Below, piece after piece: positions 50,480-64,000 of a stretch of DNA of 64,000 nt. Position numbers and translations under genes: made by a program. The notes below the pieces were generated by a model, which made no database searches, was not told the origin of the DNA, and was given only the letters and a program-made list of their open reading frames with translations. How positions within the stretch are numbered: position 1 is the first letter of the stretch; each line of letters begins with the position of its first letter. This stretch comes from Callorhinchus milii (Eukaryota), in the NCBI RefSeq assembly GCF_018977255.1, contig NW_024704742.1:86554001-86618000 (forward strand). Direction: 5' to 3'.

Positions 50480-53407
50480 AACAACAACACCTTGGATTTA
50501 TATAGTGCCCTCCACGTCGGACGGCGTCTCAGAGCGCTTTACAGTAACGGATCCCGGGGCCGAACCAGGGGATGGGGAGGAAGGTGACCAAAGGCACGGT
50601 CGAAGAGAAAGGTCTTCAGCCGAGACCTGAAAATAGGAAGAGAGGGGACGAGGCAAAGGGAGTGAGGAAGGGAATTCCAGAGCCTCGAGGCATAGTGGCT
50701 GAAGGCACAGCCGCTGAGGGTGGAGCGGAAGAATCGGGGGACGATGAGCAGGCCAGACCCGGAAGAAAGAAGGCAACGGGAACTGTCGTGAGGAGAGAGG
50801 AGGTCAGAGGTAGGGGGGTGCAGAGGAGTGGAGGGATATGAAGACAAGGGTGAGGATCTTGAAGTCGATCCTCTCTGGGATAGGCAGCCAGTGCACTTTG
50901 GCAAGGACTGGGGTGATTGGGTAGCAGAGTTTGGTACGAGTGAGAATGTGGGTGGCAGAGTTTTGAATGATCTGGATTTTATGGATGGTAGTGGAGGAGA
51001 GACCGGCGAGGAGGGCGTTAGAATAGTCCAGCCGAGAGGTGACAAAGGCATGGACTAGGGTTTCAGCGGCTTTTGGAGAGAGGTATTGGCGGAGGTGGGC
51101 GATGTGTCGGAGGTGGAAGAAGGCGGTGCTGGTGAAGGACCGGATGTGGGGGAGGAAGGATAATTGGCTAATTAAGAGTATGGCTTCCGTCTTGTCAACG
51201 TTCAGCTGAAGGAAATTTGCGCTCATCCAGCCCCTGAGATCTGACAGGCAGGCTGACAGAACATCAGGGGCTCGCAAAGAGAGGTGGAAAAATAGAGTTG
51301 GTGTCATCTGTGTACATGTGGAAATGTACCCCATGTCTGCGGATGACATTCCCAAGAGCGAGTATGTAGATCAGAAAGAGGAGGGGCCAAGAATGGATAG
51401 TTGGGGTACCCCGCAGGTAAGTGGGTGAGAGCGGGAGGAGAAACAGTTTGTGCAGATGTACTGCTGGCGATTTGTGAGGTAGGACTGGAACCAGGCAAGT
51501 GCGGTCCCACTGAGGTGGATGACGGAGGGAAGGCGGTGGAGGAGGATGGCGTGGTCGACTGTGTCAAACACCACGGAGAGGTCCAGGGGGACAAGGAGGC
51601 AGAGGCCCTGGTCACAGATAGAGAGGATGTTGTTTGTGACTTTCACAAGCGCAGTCTCTGTACTGTGGCCAGGGCGGAAACCGGACTGGAAGGGTTCGAA
51701 GAGGGAGTGGGAGGAGAGGTGTGGGCGAAGTTGATTGGCAACAACGCATTCTAGGACTTTTGCGAGGAAGGGTAGGTTGGAAATGGGGCAGTAGTGGCTG
51801 GGGTTTGAGGGATCTAGGGAAGGTTTCTTGAAGAGAGGAGTGATGACAGCAGTTTTGAGGGGGGGAAGGACTGATCCGGAGGAGAGGGACTGCCAGTAGT
51901 GGGCAGAGGACGGGGAGCTTGTTGACCAGCAAGTTGTTGGGGAGGGGGTCGAGGCAGCAGGTGGTAGGTTTCATGGAGGTGATGGTGGGTGAGAGGGAGG
52001 AGAGAGAGATGGGGAGGAAGGAATGTAGGATGGGGGTGGTGGTAGGAGCAGATGAGGGGAGGGTGAGGGAGACAGAGAGGGGGTGGTAGTGGGTGACGAG
52101 CCAGATGGATGAGGCTGCCTGGCGGATGTTGTGAATTTTAGATGAAAAGAAGTCCATGACTTCCTTGCACTTGGCATTTGATATGAAGATTGAGGAGGCC
52201 TGAGGGTGGGGACGGAGGAGGTAGTGGGTGGTGGAAAAAATGATTTCAGGGTTGTGTTTAGCCTCCAAGATGATGTTGGAGTAAAAGGCCGTTTTTGCGT
52301 GTGTCAAGGAACGGCGGTAGCTGTGGAGATGCTTGAGCCACAGTTGGCGGTGAACTGTCAGGCCAGTTTTCCGCCATCTGCGCTCGAGCAACCGGATTTG
52401 GGTTTTTAGGTGGCGGAGATGGTTGTTGTACCAGGGGGATCGGGTGGGTTTGGAGATGGTCTTGGATTTCAGGGGCACGAGGGAGTTGAAGATGGAGGAA
52501 AGGCCATCATGGAGCAGCTGGACGGCTGCTTTAGGAGCTCAGCGGATGAAGGCCAGAGGGATAGGATGCTTGATGATGCGAGGACCTTTGTGAGGGTCTC
52601 AGGCGGTAGCCTTTTCCAAGGGCGGTAGAGGATGGTTGAGGGCTTGGTGGAGGAGAGAGATGTGGGAGGAGAAGGAGATGAGAAAGTGGTCCGAGATGGC
52701 GTTGTCCACTATGCTGAGGTCGGAAATGTCAAGGCCGTGGGTGATAACGAGGTCAAGGGCACGGCCACGGTTGTGGGTCAGTGAATTTATTGAAGGGTGA
52801 GGTTTAGGGAGGAGAGGAGGGCAGTGAAGTTGGCAGAAGTGGTGCAGGGGGAGTTTAGGTGGAGGTTGAAATCACCCATTATGAGCAGGCGTCAGGGAAG
52901 CAGATGGACAGGGAAGAGAGGACAGTAGAGATGTCTGTGTGGAAGGAGCCGGGGGGCTTAGGGGGGTGGTAGACCAGGAGGATTTTAAATGGGAGAGAGG
53001 GGTGGAAGAGGGTGAGGTGCTCAAAGGAGGGGAAGCTGCCAGAAGAGTAGGGGTTAAGACCAAGTGAGTCTTTGGAAATGGAGGCCACCCTACTACCGCG
53101 TTGGTTTTGATGGTGGGTGTGGTGGAAGGTGTAGCCTGGAGAGGAGGCTTCCACTAGGGGTATGGGGTCACTGGGGGTGAGCCAGGTTTTGGTGAGCCCA
53201 AGAATGTCGAGGTGCTCCTCCAGGGTGAGGTCGTGGATGGTGAGGGCTTTGTTTGAGAGGGAACGGACGTTTTGGAGGGAAATGCAGGTGGGTTTGCAGG
53301 AGGGAGGGGAGGGAGGAGAGATTGATGCGGAGAGGATTTTGGAGTGTACAGGAGATATGGTTGTGGAGAGTGATGTGAGTGGAGAGTTGGGGAGGGTACG
53401 TATGAGG
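50480..53407 (-). mobile_element. Near-complete L2 ORF2 (APE + RT) with 3' tail, degenerate
   Basis: PGYTFHHT, FEHL, VYHPPK (APE); TTCCLDPLP; LDLSVVFDTVDH; GVPQ; LNVDKTE; FVTSRLDYSN; HWLPIPERIDFK; (TTG)n tail at 50480. Confidence 0.95.
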
Positions 53408-53879
53408 GAGATGTCTCAATGATATGATAAGGTGCTATATCAAATGCGAGTATTACATATTACATTCCTTTCACTGAACCTCACCAAAATACTGACAGCA
53501 TTGATCAGAGGTTGGTTCATGAGGATGTTTCCGTCAATCTCTTTGCTCCACCCCACTTTGCAATCCTCCATATCCAGGACAGCTTCCAGTAGGGAAGAAA
53601 GGTAAAATGTGGAAGGAATGTCACATCAAAGGCCTGTCTGGCACACCTATCATTACCAGAGCTACATATGCAGAAGCCTAGGGAGCAAGTTAGCTTCCTG
53701 CTGGCAGCTGAGCAACTGGGCAAAGAAGCAGTGAAAAAGAGGCGATAAACAACAAAACGTCTTGCAGTGAGTCTTGCGATATTGAAAATAATGTACACAT
53801 GATGAGGGTTAGAGCTGCTGCTTTATTGTGCTGCCATCACTGTATTTGCAATAATGTGTGACATTGAGCTGGTTGTGAA

Positions 53880-54112
53880 GAATGTCTCGTGGGAAATGTG
53901 ATGACTGTGAGTACAGTGGTAATAAATCAAAGCCTCATACGGTAGGCTGGCAGAGGGAGAGCGAGAGAGAGAGAGAGAAAGATGCTGGCAGCCTCTTCAG
54001 CCAACCAAAACCATTTTTTAAATCATCCCTGTGGTGGTGTTACCATCTACTCTACAGTGTGAAGAACCCATAAGAAAGCGTGATCTGAATTTCTCTCTCT
54101 ATCCCCATCCTG
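53880..54112 (+). promoter_or_regulatory. Candidate internal promoter and non-coding exon D
   Basis: Unique sequence with TATA-like aataaat (~53921), a (GA)n tract and donor CTG|GTAAGA at 54112/54113. Confidence 0.3.
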
Positions 54113-56104
54113 GTAAGAGTGACAATTGGAGACAAGTGCAAATACTTCAATAGGAAAAGTGCCGGGTGAGTCCAGTCCACCGCAGCAGCAGAACCCCGAC
54201 AAAATCAATGTGGGACCTGAATCCGCTGGAAGATTGTAGCATGGATTCAGTTGTGCAAAGTTGTGATTTATCAGTAATTGGTCCCGGGTTATTGTGAGGG
54301 TTTTCAGGCAATCCCAGGTTCATTCCACATTTTCACACTCTGCTTTACTTCCTGATTTTGCTTCTAACCGCTTAAGCTCTGATTTGGATTGACAAGAATT
54401 GTCCAATAATTAGACATCTAATAACAAGGGGGAGCAGGTGGACATGGTGAACGCAGTAATGGCCACACACCTATTGTGAACATTACTGAAAAATCTATGG
54501 GGTATATTGCTGCAGTGATTGCATTGCCTCGCGTGCTTCAGTGAAGTGAGGGGGCTTGTATTTCAATAATGAGCCGTCTATTAGGCAGTCAGGAGTACTC
54601 TTGAACTGAACAGCAATAAAGCTGTTTCCACACATTGAATAAATAACCGGGGCAGAAACATTTGTTATCAAGCTGGGGCACCTTGGTGCCATGAAGATGA
54701 TTGATTCGGGATGGACAAGTTACTTCAGTGACGAGTCTGATTCCCACCCCCCACTTCTCTGAATTTCCCTCTCCTCTGCTGAAAGCAAGTGACTCGTGTT
54801 GAGTTCACAAGTTTCAGCCGCACTGAGCTTTTGTGTTTACTGATGAAAGCCCGTCTGGTGCATTGTTAGTATAACAAATTACAGACCGTGTGAGGAGTAC
54901 ATATCCAAAAATCATCATAATAATAATCATTGCATTTGATATAGCACCTTATCATGTTGACACGCCTCAAAGGATATTACTGTAAAGTGGATTGACTGCA
55001 TTTTGTTGGTGAAATGCAACTGCTCGTTCATTACTATTTTTGTGGAATGCTCTCTGTGTGGTATTTACAGTGGTTTTAGGGCTCCTTTTGGATACAACAC
55101 ATGGAACAAGTCATGTGCTGGGGTGGGGGAATCATTCAGTGACCCTAAGACAATGCCCAGTTGAATCTCATATAAATTCAATAAAGAGGAATAAATCGAA
55201 ATGTAAACAGAACTGCAACTAAAGAGCACAAACGTATTCACTGCTTGAGGCAACAGTGATTCTTGCCCAAATCCAAACAGATTTGAAAAGGTGAAAGTTT
55301 TTCTTTCAATTTGGAGGTGAAGTTCTGCAATGACCTTGGTTAAAAATAGCTCTGGAGGCCCATTTTGAAACATAAGCATGATGCTCTGGCTTGTGGTGAC
55401 ATTTGATGGCTGCCCACGACTAGAAGGCATCACATCTGCATACATCTGACCGGCACGTTGGGTCTGGGTCTGTGTGAATGGGAGCTGCCCACAGTTAAAT
55501 TCTCTAGCTCAGCACTTGCATGATGTGAATAGTGTGTTGGTGATGTGACCAGCTTAGTTTTGGTGCTGCCTGCAGGGAGAATAATTGATTGGTTTCTTCT
55601 GCAGCCAAGAATCTCAGAGTATTGCATTGATGAATGAAGGTGTGTGCTTGAGTGCGTGAGTGTGGGTGCGTGTGTGTGCACGCGCATGTGCATGTTGGAA
55701 CTGTATTAATGCCAGTAAGACCAATGTCTTAAATAGACACAGACAAACCTTTTTTTTGCCCACGAAATACACAGTCAATCCACTTTACAATTATATCCTG
55801 TGAAGCGCTTTCAGATGTCTAGATGGCGTGATAAGGCGCTGTATCAAATGCAAGGATTATTACTATAATTATAGTGATGTAGCCAATTCTATGTCCTGTC
55901 TTCAAAGGAATCCTGAAGCTACTGTAAAACTACCAGATTTTGTGGACATTAGTGTATAGCGGTGAATACGTACTTCAGTACTTTGCACATTTTTTTGAAT
56001 AACACTTTTACATACATCCTGACAATATTTACTGAGCTTTTAATCAAACAATTCTTTCCTGATGGCCCAGGTTCTCAGGTGTGGCTTGAATGCTGTGGCA
56101 TTTA

Positions 56105-56600
56105 ACTACAATAACAACATTACATTTGTAAAGCGCCTTTCACATTGGGAGGATATTCCAAGGCGCTGGACAATCAGTGTTTTGGACCCGAGCTGGGGGT
56201 CGAGATTGGGGAGGGTGGAGGGCACGGGAGGAAGGAGGGTGATCGAAGGCACAGTCGAAGAGGAGGGTCTTGAGACAGGTCTTGAAGGAGGCAAGTGAAG
56301 GGACAAGGCGGAGGGACTGTGGAATGGGGTTCCAGAGGGTGGGGGCAGAGTGGTTGAAGGCCCGCCCATCAATGGTGGGGTGGGCGAGGTGGGGGACATG
56401 AATCAGGCTGCAGCCTGCTGAGCAGAAGAGCGGGCAGGATGGTAGGGGGTTAGGAGGTTGCAGAGATTGTGGAGAGCAAGACTATGAAGGACTTTGAAAG
56501 TGAGGACCAGGATCTTGAACTGTATCCTCTGTGTGATGGGAAGCCAGTGGAGTCGGGCGAGGGTGGGGGTGATAGGGTCACGGAGCCTGGACTAATGCAG
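56105..56600 (-). mobile_element. L2 3' fragment
   Basis: Reverse complement of [14 protein letters not shown]...FKILVLTFK...WNPIPQSL; tail at 56105. Confidence 0.88.
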
Positions 56601-57627
56601 AGCTGGTTATTGCCTCCTGCACTTTTACAGCTTTCCTGCTGGATCTGAATCTTTGGTTGCATGTTGTACTGCTACTCACCACCGTTCAATGCTTAGCCCT
56701 TGTTGAAGGGTGTGTATCGTTCACCTCTTGGAAGGGCCGAAATGAAAGAGAAAATGAAGGTTGTCTGCTGCAGATTTGACCACTTTATTTCTGATAACCT
56801 GTCGCTGTAAAAGACCCAGTGTGAAACTTTTATGAAAAAAATAACCTGCAGGTCATTTATTCCTATGACAGTTGAAGACCATTTTTGCACTGAGATGTTT
56901 GAAAAGGTGGAAAGGTCTGTGGAAGTGATGGTCAAGAGGAGCGCTGTGGCAGATCATTGTTCTGAGTGGAATTAGTTCAGTTTTTGGAAGCGTGCAGCAA
57001 GTGTTGGGACACAGTACTGTCTTGTTCCAAGTTGTGCAATTCAACATCTATTAGAAAAGGGTACTTGTGTCACATTAATAAGAACTTGCAGTCGGTGATC
57101 CCAAGTTTAACTCCTAGGAACAATCTTGTCTAGAAGACACAGGAATCATAGTCACTGGCAAACACTGAGCTCTGTATACTGAGTTTCACACCTTGTCACT
57201 CAAAGGGTATCCAGTCAGCTGACGTTAAGCAAAGCTAGCTGGAGTTACAGGGAGACGTGCAGCAGGGTTTGTATGAAATACTTCAAATTGGATGGATTCC
57301 TGGTGTGCATTGACGTGATCCCTTTATTATTCTCTTTAGGGTTTGCAGATTACTTAGCTGCCGCACAGTGCATCACTCAACACAATCGCTACTGGGCCAG
57401 ATGAGCATGCATGGCTCATTGGATTGCATTCCTGCTATTGGGAAATTAAGCATTTGTTAAATTGCATTGCAAAGGTTAGTCCTGGTTACCCACTGATGGA
57501 TAGTGATTGCACTGGCCTGACCGGTATGGATTGTGTGATTGTGGGATAGCAACGTACATACTAGTGTGAATGGTGTGGCGGTGGAATGTTCCCTGGCGTG
57601 CCCAATATATGGAATCATATAGTCTAG

Positions 57628-57720
57628 GCCAAGGTGGTCCAACCTTTTGGCTGCTGTGAGCCGGATGCCCTATTTGAGAAGTGTCCACGGGCCGCATAAA
57701 CAATATTTTTGTGTTTCCCT
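57628..57720 (+). mobile_element. Possible hAT/Charlie-type DNA transposon end
   Basis: caaggtggtccaaccttttggctgc...gggccgcat resembles Charlie-type subterminal sequence; the partner end was not found. Confidence 0.35.
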
Positions 57721-57799
57721 TCCAGAAACATAACCTAACATTTAGGGAATATGAAGAAAGGGTGGGGGGGGGGTGGCGATGAAACTGGCCTGTGATCTG

Positions 57800-58132
57800 G
57801 ATGGATTGTCGGAGCTGCCGTGCTTTAGCTGAGACATTAAACCGAGGTCCCATTTGCCTGTTCAGGTGGATGTTAAAGATCCCATGGAACTATTCAAAGA
57901 GAGAAGGGAGTTTCTCCTGGTGTCCTGGGCAACCATCCCAAATAAAATTGGTCACTCACTCCACGACTGTTTGTGGGACATTGCTGCGCTGTGCACAAAC
58001 TGGCTGCCGCGTATGGTCCACAAAACACAGTCAAAACAACAACAAAACTACTTTACAGTCAACCCTGTGAAGCGCTTTGAGATGTTGCGACAACATGATA
58101 AGGTGCCATATTAAATGCAAGGATTATTATTT
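57800..58132 (+). mobile_element. Deu-domain SINE, 5'-truncated
   Basis: ttgtcggagctgccgtgctttagctgagacattaaaccgaggtcccatttgcctgttcaggtggatgttaaagatccc...aaatgcaaggattattat. Confidence 0.8.
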
Positions 58133-58597
58133 TATTTCTTCTGACCTCTTCACTTTCTATCCCAATGTGGTCATCTGTGTTGTACCCAGGACTCTATACT
58201 TTTTCTTATTGACATGCTGCCACTTAATGACACCAGCAGCAGAGATGAGCTCAGTTTCCTCTGTCTTTGCTAATAACTCCTAATTCTAACTCCATTTCCA
58301 CCCTCGACTAGAGGGATGTAGCTGATGTGCCTGACTGACTGTCGGCATCAAGTTTTGGATTACAAGTCATTTTTTGTTCATGCGAATATCGTCAGAACTG
58401 AAGGCGTCCTGTTCGTATTCTTGCCTCTGGCTCTGATTTCTTGGCTGCTTGCCGCAGTTAACTGAGACAGTGCGTAACTTTGTTATTTTATTTGACCTCT
58501 TCCCCCCTCCCCCCCACTCTGTAACAAACCCTCTACCCAGACAACTTCCTGCCATCTCTGGATGATTGCTTGCTTACATCCCCATTTGCACCATCTC

Positions 58598-58966
58598 CTG
58601 TCCTGTAGCTCAGTGGTTAGAGCGCTCGCCTCACAAGTGAGACCTGGGTTCGATTCCTGGCAGGGCGAAATGTTGGGCCAGTTTCCTTACTCCACACGCC
58701 TCTGTTTAAGCATCAGTAAATAGGAACCAGTAAGCAGTTGTTAGTCGATTGATGGATTGCTTTTCTGGGGATAATAATACCTCAAAAAAAATAATTTGGT
58801 TACTCAATCCACAACTGTTTGTGGGACACTGCTGTGCGCAATTGGCTGCTGCGTTTTACCCAAAACATATAGTCAATTCACTTTACAGTATATTCTGTGA
58901 AGCTCTTTGAGACATCTAGAAGACGTGATAAGGCGCTATATCAAATGCAAGGATTATTATTATTAT
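58598..58966 (+). mobile_element. tRNA-SINE, full length
   Basis: tcctgtagctcagtggttagagcgctcgcc...ggttcgattcc...aaatgcaaggattattattatt. Confidence 0.92.
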
Positions 58967-59379
58967 TTCTACCAGGATTTTTTAATAAGGAAATCAAGTA
59001 CAAGTTGCAGGAACTCCGCCTCAATCTGATCTACTTTCACTGCGGATTTCCCAAGGGTCGGCAAGACATTCATCTAGTTAATGAAAAGCATCCCCACTCA
59101 ATTCCTTATGAAGGACTCCAGCTAGATATCACTGTCACAGTTTGTGCAGCAAAAGGGTTGGCATCATTGTCAGTCAGTTTCAAGCCTTGAAAAGCCTTAT
59201 TTTAATTGGACAAGTAACCCCAACCTTGCCAGAAAAGAACTACATAAACCAGCATGTAATGCTGTCAGTGTCGCTTTCTCAAGGCCCAGAGAACAGGCCG
59301 CAGTTATAAACAAGTATTTGGACAAGCAATGGGGAAGCTTGACAGAGGATTCTTTCAATGGCAAGCTGTGCAATACTAG

Positions 59380-59508
59380 CTGTTTAGACTCCAGCAGTAC
59401 CCCAACGCACATTCTGGGGTTCCTCTAGCCTTGGCTCTTGACAACCTGCGCCTAATATTCTGTGGAATTAGGTAAGCAGAATGTGTCCCTCCAGGGAGAG
59501 AGTGTGCG
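59380..59508 (+). repeat. Family U repeat, copy 4, cut by a SINE
   Basis: agccttggctcttgacaacctgcgcctaata...tccctccagggagagagtg. Confidence 0.75.
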
Positions 59509-59755
59509 TGGAGTCCTGTAGCTCAGTGGTTAGAGCACTCGGAAACTTTGGAAGTGAGAGACCTGAGTTCAATTCCAGGCAGAGGGCGAAACCTTGGGCA
59601 AGTTTCCTTACTCCACACAGAGCCTAATAAGAATCCCTCCAAAAACCAAAAACAATATTAAATCAGTCATTTTCAATCTACGACTGTTTGTGGGACATTG
59701 CTATGCGCAAATATGGACAAATATACAGTCAATTCACTTACAGTGTGTTCTGTGA
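59509..59755 (+). mobile_element. tRNA-SINE, 3'-truncated
   Basis: ggagtcctgtagctcagtggttagagcactc...gagttcaattcc. Confidence 0.88.
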
Positions 59756-61572
59756 CTGTGACCCATTCCCTCTTCCACACCCCTCACTTCTCTTCTCTCT
59801 TCCCCCCCAACCCCCCTCTCCACTGCCACTGTGTTGCAAGAGATTCAGTCATGTAATAGGTTTAGTTATATTTTTCATGTGTGAAAAGTGTGTAAAATCA
59901 ATTCAACTGCCGTGGAGCTGGGGAGTGTGACTGATCTGGGCTTTGGGTATTATTGACTATGGGTGATGGGAGGAAGGTGTGTGTGCTTTGTGCCAAGTTA
60001 GCTGAGATCAGTGGGCAATATTTGGCACTCTATAACTGGATACTGTGCTCCTGGGGTTAGAGAAGGGAAAATCAGCTACGCATCATTCCCACTTCTGACT
60101 GCTATCCAGTTGAGGATAGCAACAGGCTGCACTGTGGTTGAAATACCCTCTGACACTGACTGTCAAGGCTCAACATGAATAATGACTGTCTGAGCAATGT
60201 GACCATGGAACCACACTCCTGTAAAAAGGGAAAGGTGACAAAACCCTTGAGGAGAGTAAAGGAAGTGGACAGTATTGGAGCATCGAAGAAAAGATTTCTA
60301 ATTCGTATAATAATTTTGTTGCAAAGCAGAAACTGGGCTCCTATCCAAGAATTACAGGTGACGTAAAAATAACCCGCATAAAAAACAAAATGACTGTGAC
60401 GCAGAATCGATGCATGAATTACTTCCTTCCTATTAGCCACATCAGCGGGATTTCTTGACAGTATGTTAACAATTTATTAAAAATACGTATTAAAGGATGA
60501 TCAAGCCATCTCCTCTGAAGTGCGAGCACAATTCCAACATCCCCACAACGACCTTCAAATGGAAATTAGGAGCATTTCAAAATATAAAATACATTTGTGG
60601 ATTTTTCCAAACACTGTCCCTGTCTCACACACACACTCCCACTCACACACGCACACAAATTCCTCCCATTACCTATAATCAATAATACACAAACCCAGAT
60701 CAGACACCAAACTCCATGGCGGTTTAATTGATTTTACCCACTCTTTCCACGCATGCAAAAAATATAACTAAACTCATGACATGACTGAATTTCTCTTAAT
60801 AGTAGTGAGAGAAGGCTAGGAGGAGAGAAGGAGGAGAAGTGAGGGGGGGAAAACGGATTCATGTATACTAAAATAGCTCTGCTCTTTACTGATGAAATAT
60901 AAATGGTTGATTGCCAGCAGCAACGCACTCCAGTGGTGATGATTAACAACCTTTTGGACCATCTGGTCTCCTTTCAAACTCGCACATGCTCTTTACCCAG
61001 ATGGCTCTTGTGCCTGTATCCCCCTCCCACTTGCACCTCCAAGCCTCAAATTGAACAGATTCTTCCAGGAACCAGGTGAGACACATTGGTTGAACCGGTG
61101 CCAGATTCCCCCAGGCTCTTCAGTGGCTATTCTCACTCTCATGTTGCACTGCTGCTGACAACTGAAGGTATTAACATTTTACATTACAGTCAATTTACTG
61201 TAGAATATAATATGTGTAGCGCTTTGAGAGTCTCAACGACATGATAAGGTGCTATATCAAATACAAGGATTACAATTATTAAATTCGAGGCTATCTTCTG
61301 GTGTTTGAAATGGCTAGGGAGCTGAGGTTGGCTGGTATGTATCCCAAGACCCTGCCCCGCATGAAGGGCGCTATATAAATGCAAGCTGTTTCTTAAGCAT
61401 GGTGATGGCTTTCCACATATATCAGACATCCAGCAGGCCAAAATAAAAATCTTAAATAGACATTAAACTGAAGTCCAGTCTGCCTGTTCAGGTGGGTATT
61501 AAAGATTCGAAAAGAGATGGGAGTTTCTCCCAGTGTCCTGGCCAACAATCCCCCAAATAAAATTGGTCATTT

Positions 61573-61930
61573 GGAGTCCTGCAGCTTAGTGTTTAGAGCA
61601 CTAGTCTCGCAAGCAAGAGGACATGGGTTTGATTCCCAGGCAGGGCGAAACCTTGGCTGAGTTTCCTTCCTTACTCTACACTCCTCTATCTACCTAGCAG
61701 CAAATAGGAACCTGGTTGTTAGTCGATTGTCGGATTTCTTTCCAGAGGTAATGGTGCCTCAAAAAAATACGGTCACTCAATCCATGGCTGTTTGTGGGAT
61801 ACTGGGGCGCAATTGGCTGCCCCATTTAACCCACAAAATACAGAGTCTTTACAATATATTCTGTGAAGTGCTTTGAGACGTCCCAACGACGTGATGAAGT
61901 GCTATATCAAATGCAAGGATTATTATTATC
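61573..61930 (+). mobile_element. tRNA-SINE, directly following a Deu-SINE fragment (61455-61572)
   Basis: ggagtcctgcagcttagtgtttagagc...aaatgcaaggattattatt. Confidence 0.88.
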
Positions 61931-62349
61931 ACTGTTGAATGTTTTTAAAATTTACTCTCATATGTTTCTTCAACAAAGAACATTGACTAAATTAAAGCAA
62001 TGAGTTAGTTTAGTTTAATAGATCTGCACCTTCTGCTCTTTTATAGGTCGGTTGGGCTCTTTGTAGTTTTAACACTAAACATACGAATGTAATGTTTTCA
62101 CCACAATCGGGTAGTAGGTGGTAATCACCATACTTGACTGAATACACTACACAAAAACATCATCTGCAATTTCTGGAGTGTTACTGTGCATCGATTAGAG
62201 TCTGGTTGAAAACAAGTGTTGATTAGTTTTCCATCCATTAATAGTGTGAACCTCTAAATGTACAAACGGTGTCATACGCTAGCTTCAATCACACCCAGAT
62301 GTGACAAAGTTCAACCACTACTTTATTCCAATGTCATCACAAATTACAA

Positions 62350-62700
62350 TTATAATAATAATAATGCTTGCATTTGATATAGCGTCTAATCACGTCTTTG
62401 AGACGTCTCAAAAAATGCTTCACAGAATATACTGTAAAGTGAATTGACTGTATATTTTGTGGGCGAAATGGGCACAATAGTAACCCACAAACAGTCGTGG
62501 ATTGAGTGATCAATTTTTTTTTTTTTGAAGGAATTATTACCCTCGAAAAAGCGATTCGCCAATCAACTAACAGCCAGGTTCCTAGGTAAACAGAGGCATG
62601 TGGAGAAGGAAACTTAGCCAACATTTCGCCCTGCTGGGAATTGAACCCAGATCCTCTCGCTTGCGATTCGAGTGCCCTAACCACTGAGCGACAGGACTCC
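62350..62700 (-). mobile_element. tRNA-SINE, full length
   Basis: Reverse complement of ggagtcctgtcgctcagtggttagggcactc...aaatgcaagcattattatt. Confidence 0.9.
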
Positions 62701-62769
62701 AATTATATTGATTGATTCTTTCATGCATCATTCCTTCCTGGTGTCCAGCAATTGTGGAAAAGCATCATT

Positions 62770-62932
62770 ATGCTTACGGATACCCAAACCAATAATTCTA
62801 TCTACATGTAGAAATTCCCCTATTTTGGAACGGAATATGCATCCTCTCTCTCTGGGGACGCACCTTGTTTACCTAATTCCGGACGAGAGCATCAGGCCTG
62901 GCTGGCAACAGGCAGGGCTTGGGGATCCCATT
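62770..62932 (-). repeat. Family U repeat, copy 5
   Basis: ctacatgtagaaattccc...ctctctctggggacgcaccttgtttacctaattccgga...gggcttgggga. Confidence 0.7.
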
Positions 62933-64000
62933 AAGGAATCTCACTGATTTCAGTGGCTCTTAAGGTGATGCTGACACATTAAAAGTTAAGTGGAAGGCAA
63001 GGAGAGAAAACGAATGGTGAAGGGCTCTACTCCCCACCCTCTTCACTTGCTCCCTGCCTCCTCCCCCATTCTCAACACTGTTCTGTGCTGTTCAAGATTC
63101 AATGCTGACTTAACTGCAATGGATTAAGCTTCCCTTATTGATGCTGTTGGGTGCAGCATGTGTCTCCTGCATGGCTTTGTATGGTTTAGCAAGTGGAATC
63201 CATTTTTAAAACAAACAAGCTCTTCTGATGATTAATAATAATAATCTTTGCATTTGATATAGCACCTTATCACGTCATGGAGACATCTCAAAGCACTTCA
63301 CAAGATATACTATAAAATGCAGTGACTGTGTATTTTGTTGGCGAAATGCGGCAGCCAGTTTGCGCATAGCAATGTCCACGAACAGGCATGGAGTAAGTGA
63401 TTATTCCTTGGATAAAAGCATTGTCCATCCGGTCTGATCCAGTGTGCAATTTGGTGTGATGTCGAGCCATACTGTTCAGGACTGTAGAGAGATGATCAAT
63501 CATTTCCTACTCCTGATCACTATCCACAGCTGTAGAGTTATCCTTATACAAAAGGAAACTGCTCTGCGGAAGGCGTTTGCGGAAGTACAGAGCAGACCTG
63601 CGTGGGCATGGTGTAAAACTAATCAATGATGTAAATTAAATCCGGCTTACACATACTACAATAGTGACTACATTTTGACAGAAAATCACTATATAAGCTC
63701 TTTGTGACAGTACTTTGGTCCCCGGCAGGATGACTTCTCACACTGCCTCCAGTGGTGCTGCATTCTGGTGTGAACAAGCCTGATGAGGATAACAACAACA
63801 CTTGCATTTATATAGTGCCTTCTCGGGCATAGCATCTCGGAGCACTGACAGCAGACTACAGAGAAGCAGTGACTTCTGCATCTTTCTATTCAGCAGATGA
63901 GTGAAATAACAACTTTACTCCAGGTAATCAGACTGTACATAACCATTTGAGAAAGTGTGTATGTTCCCAACACATTATCCTTGATTAAATGAACCGCAGA

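Noticed and set aside
58598..58670. tRNA gene
   Set aside because: The A/B boxes belong to SINE heads that continue into SINE body and tail in every copy.

Overview
Eukaryotic, repeat-rich, essentially non-coding 64 kb window. The repeat content points to a cartilaginous fish, probably a holocephalan (inference): a tRNA-headed SINE with an L2-type tail, Deu-domain SINEs, L2 LINE fragments and HER1/CR1-like 3' ends. I found no intact host protein-coding exon. The long ORFs in the track come from tandem repeats or decayed L2 ORF2. The region looks like the 5' end or large first introns of an unidentified + strand gene, with candidate alternative first exons ending in GT donors at 3856, 13217, 29199 and 54113. 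Highlights: (1) a ~590-nt nested inverted repeat at 48.7-49.3 kb whose arm differences are mostly G-U wobbles on the + strand, suggesting a selected RNA duplex; (2) polarised GC-rich minisatellites abutting three candidate promoters, one converting stepwise from CA/GA microsatellite into a CpG-dense array; (3) an L2 whose RT core is replaced by the surrounding satellite; (4) two antisense L2 insertions at the same position of the SINE tail; (5) an R4/Dong/Rex6-type endonuclease remnant ending in a (TAA)n tract. Boundaries were read by eye and are approximate.
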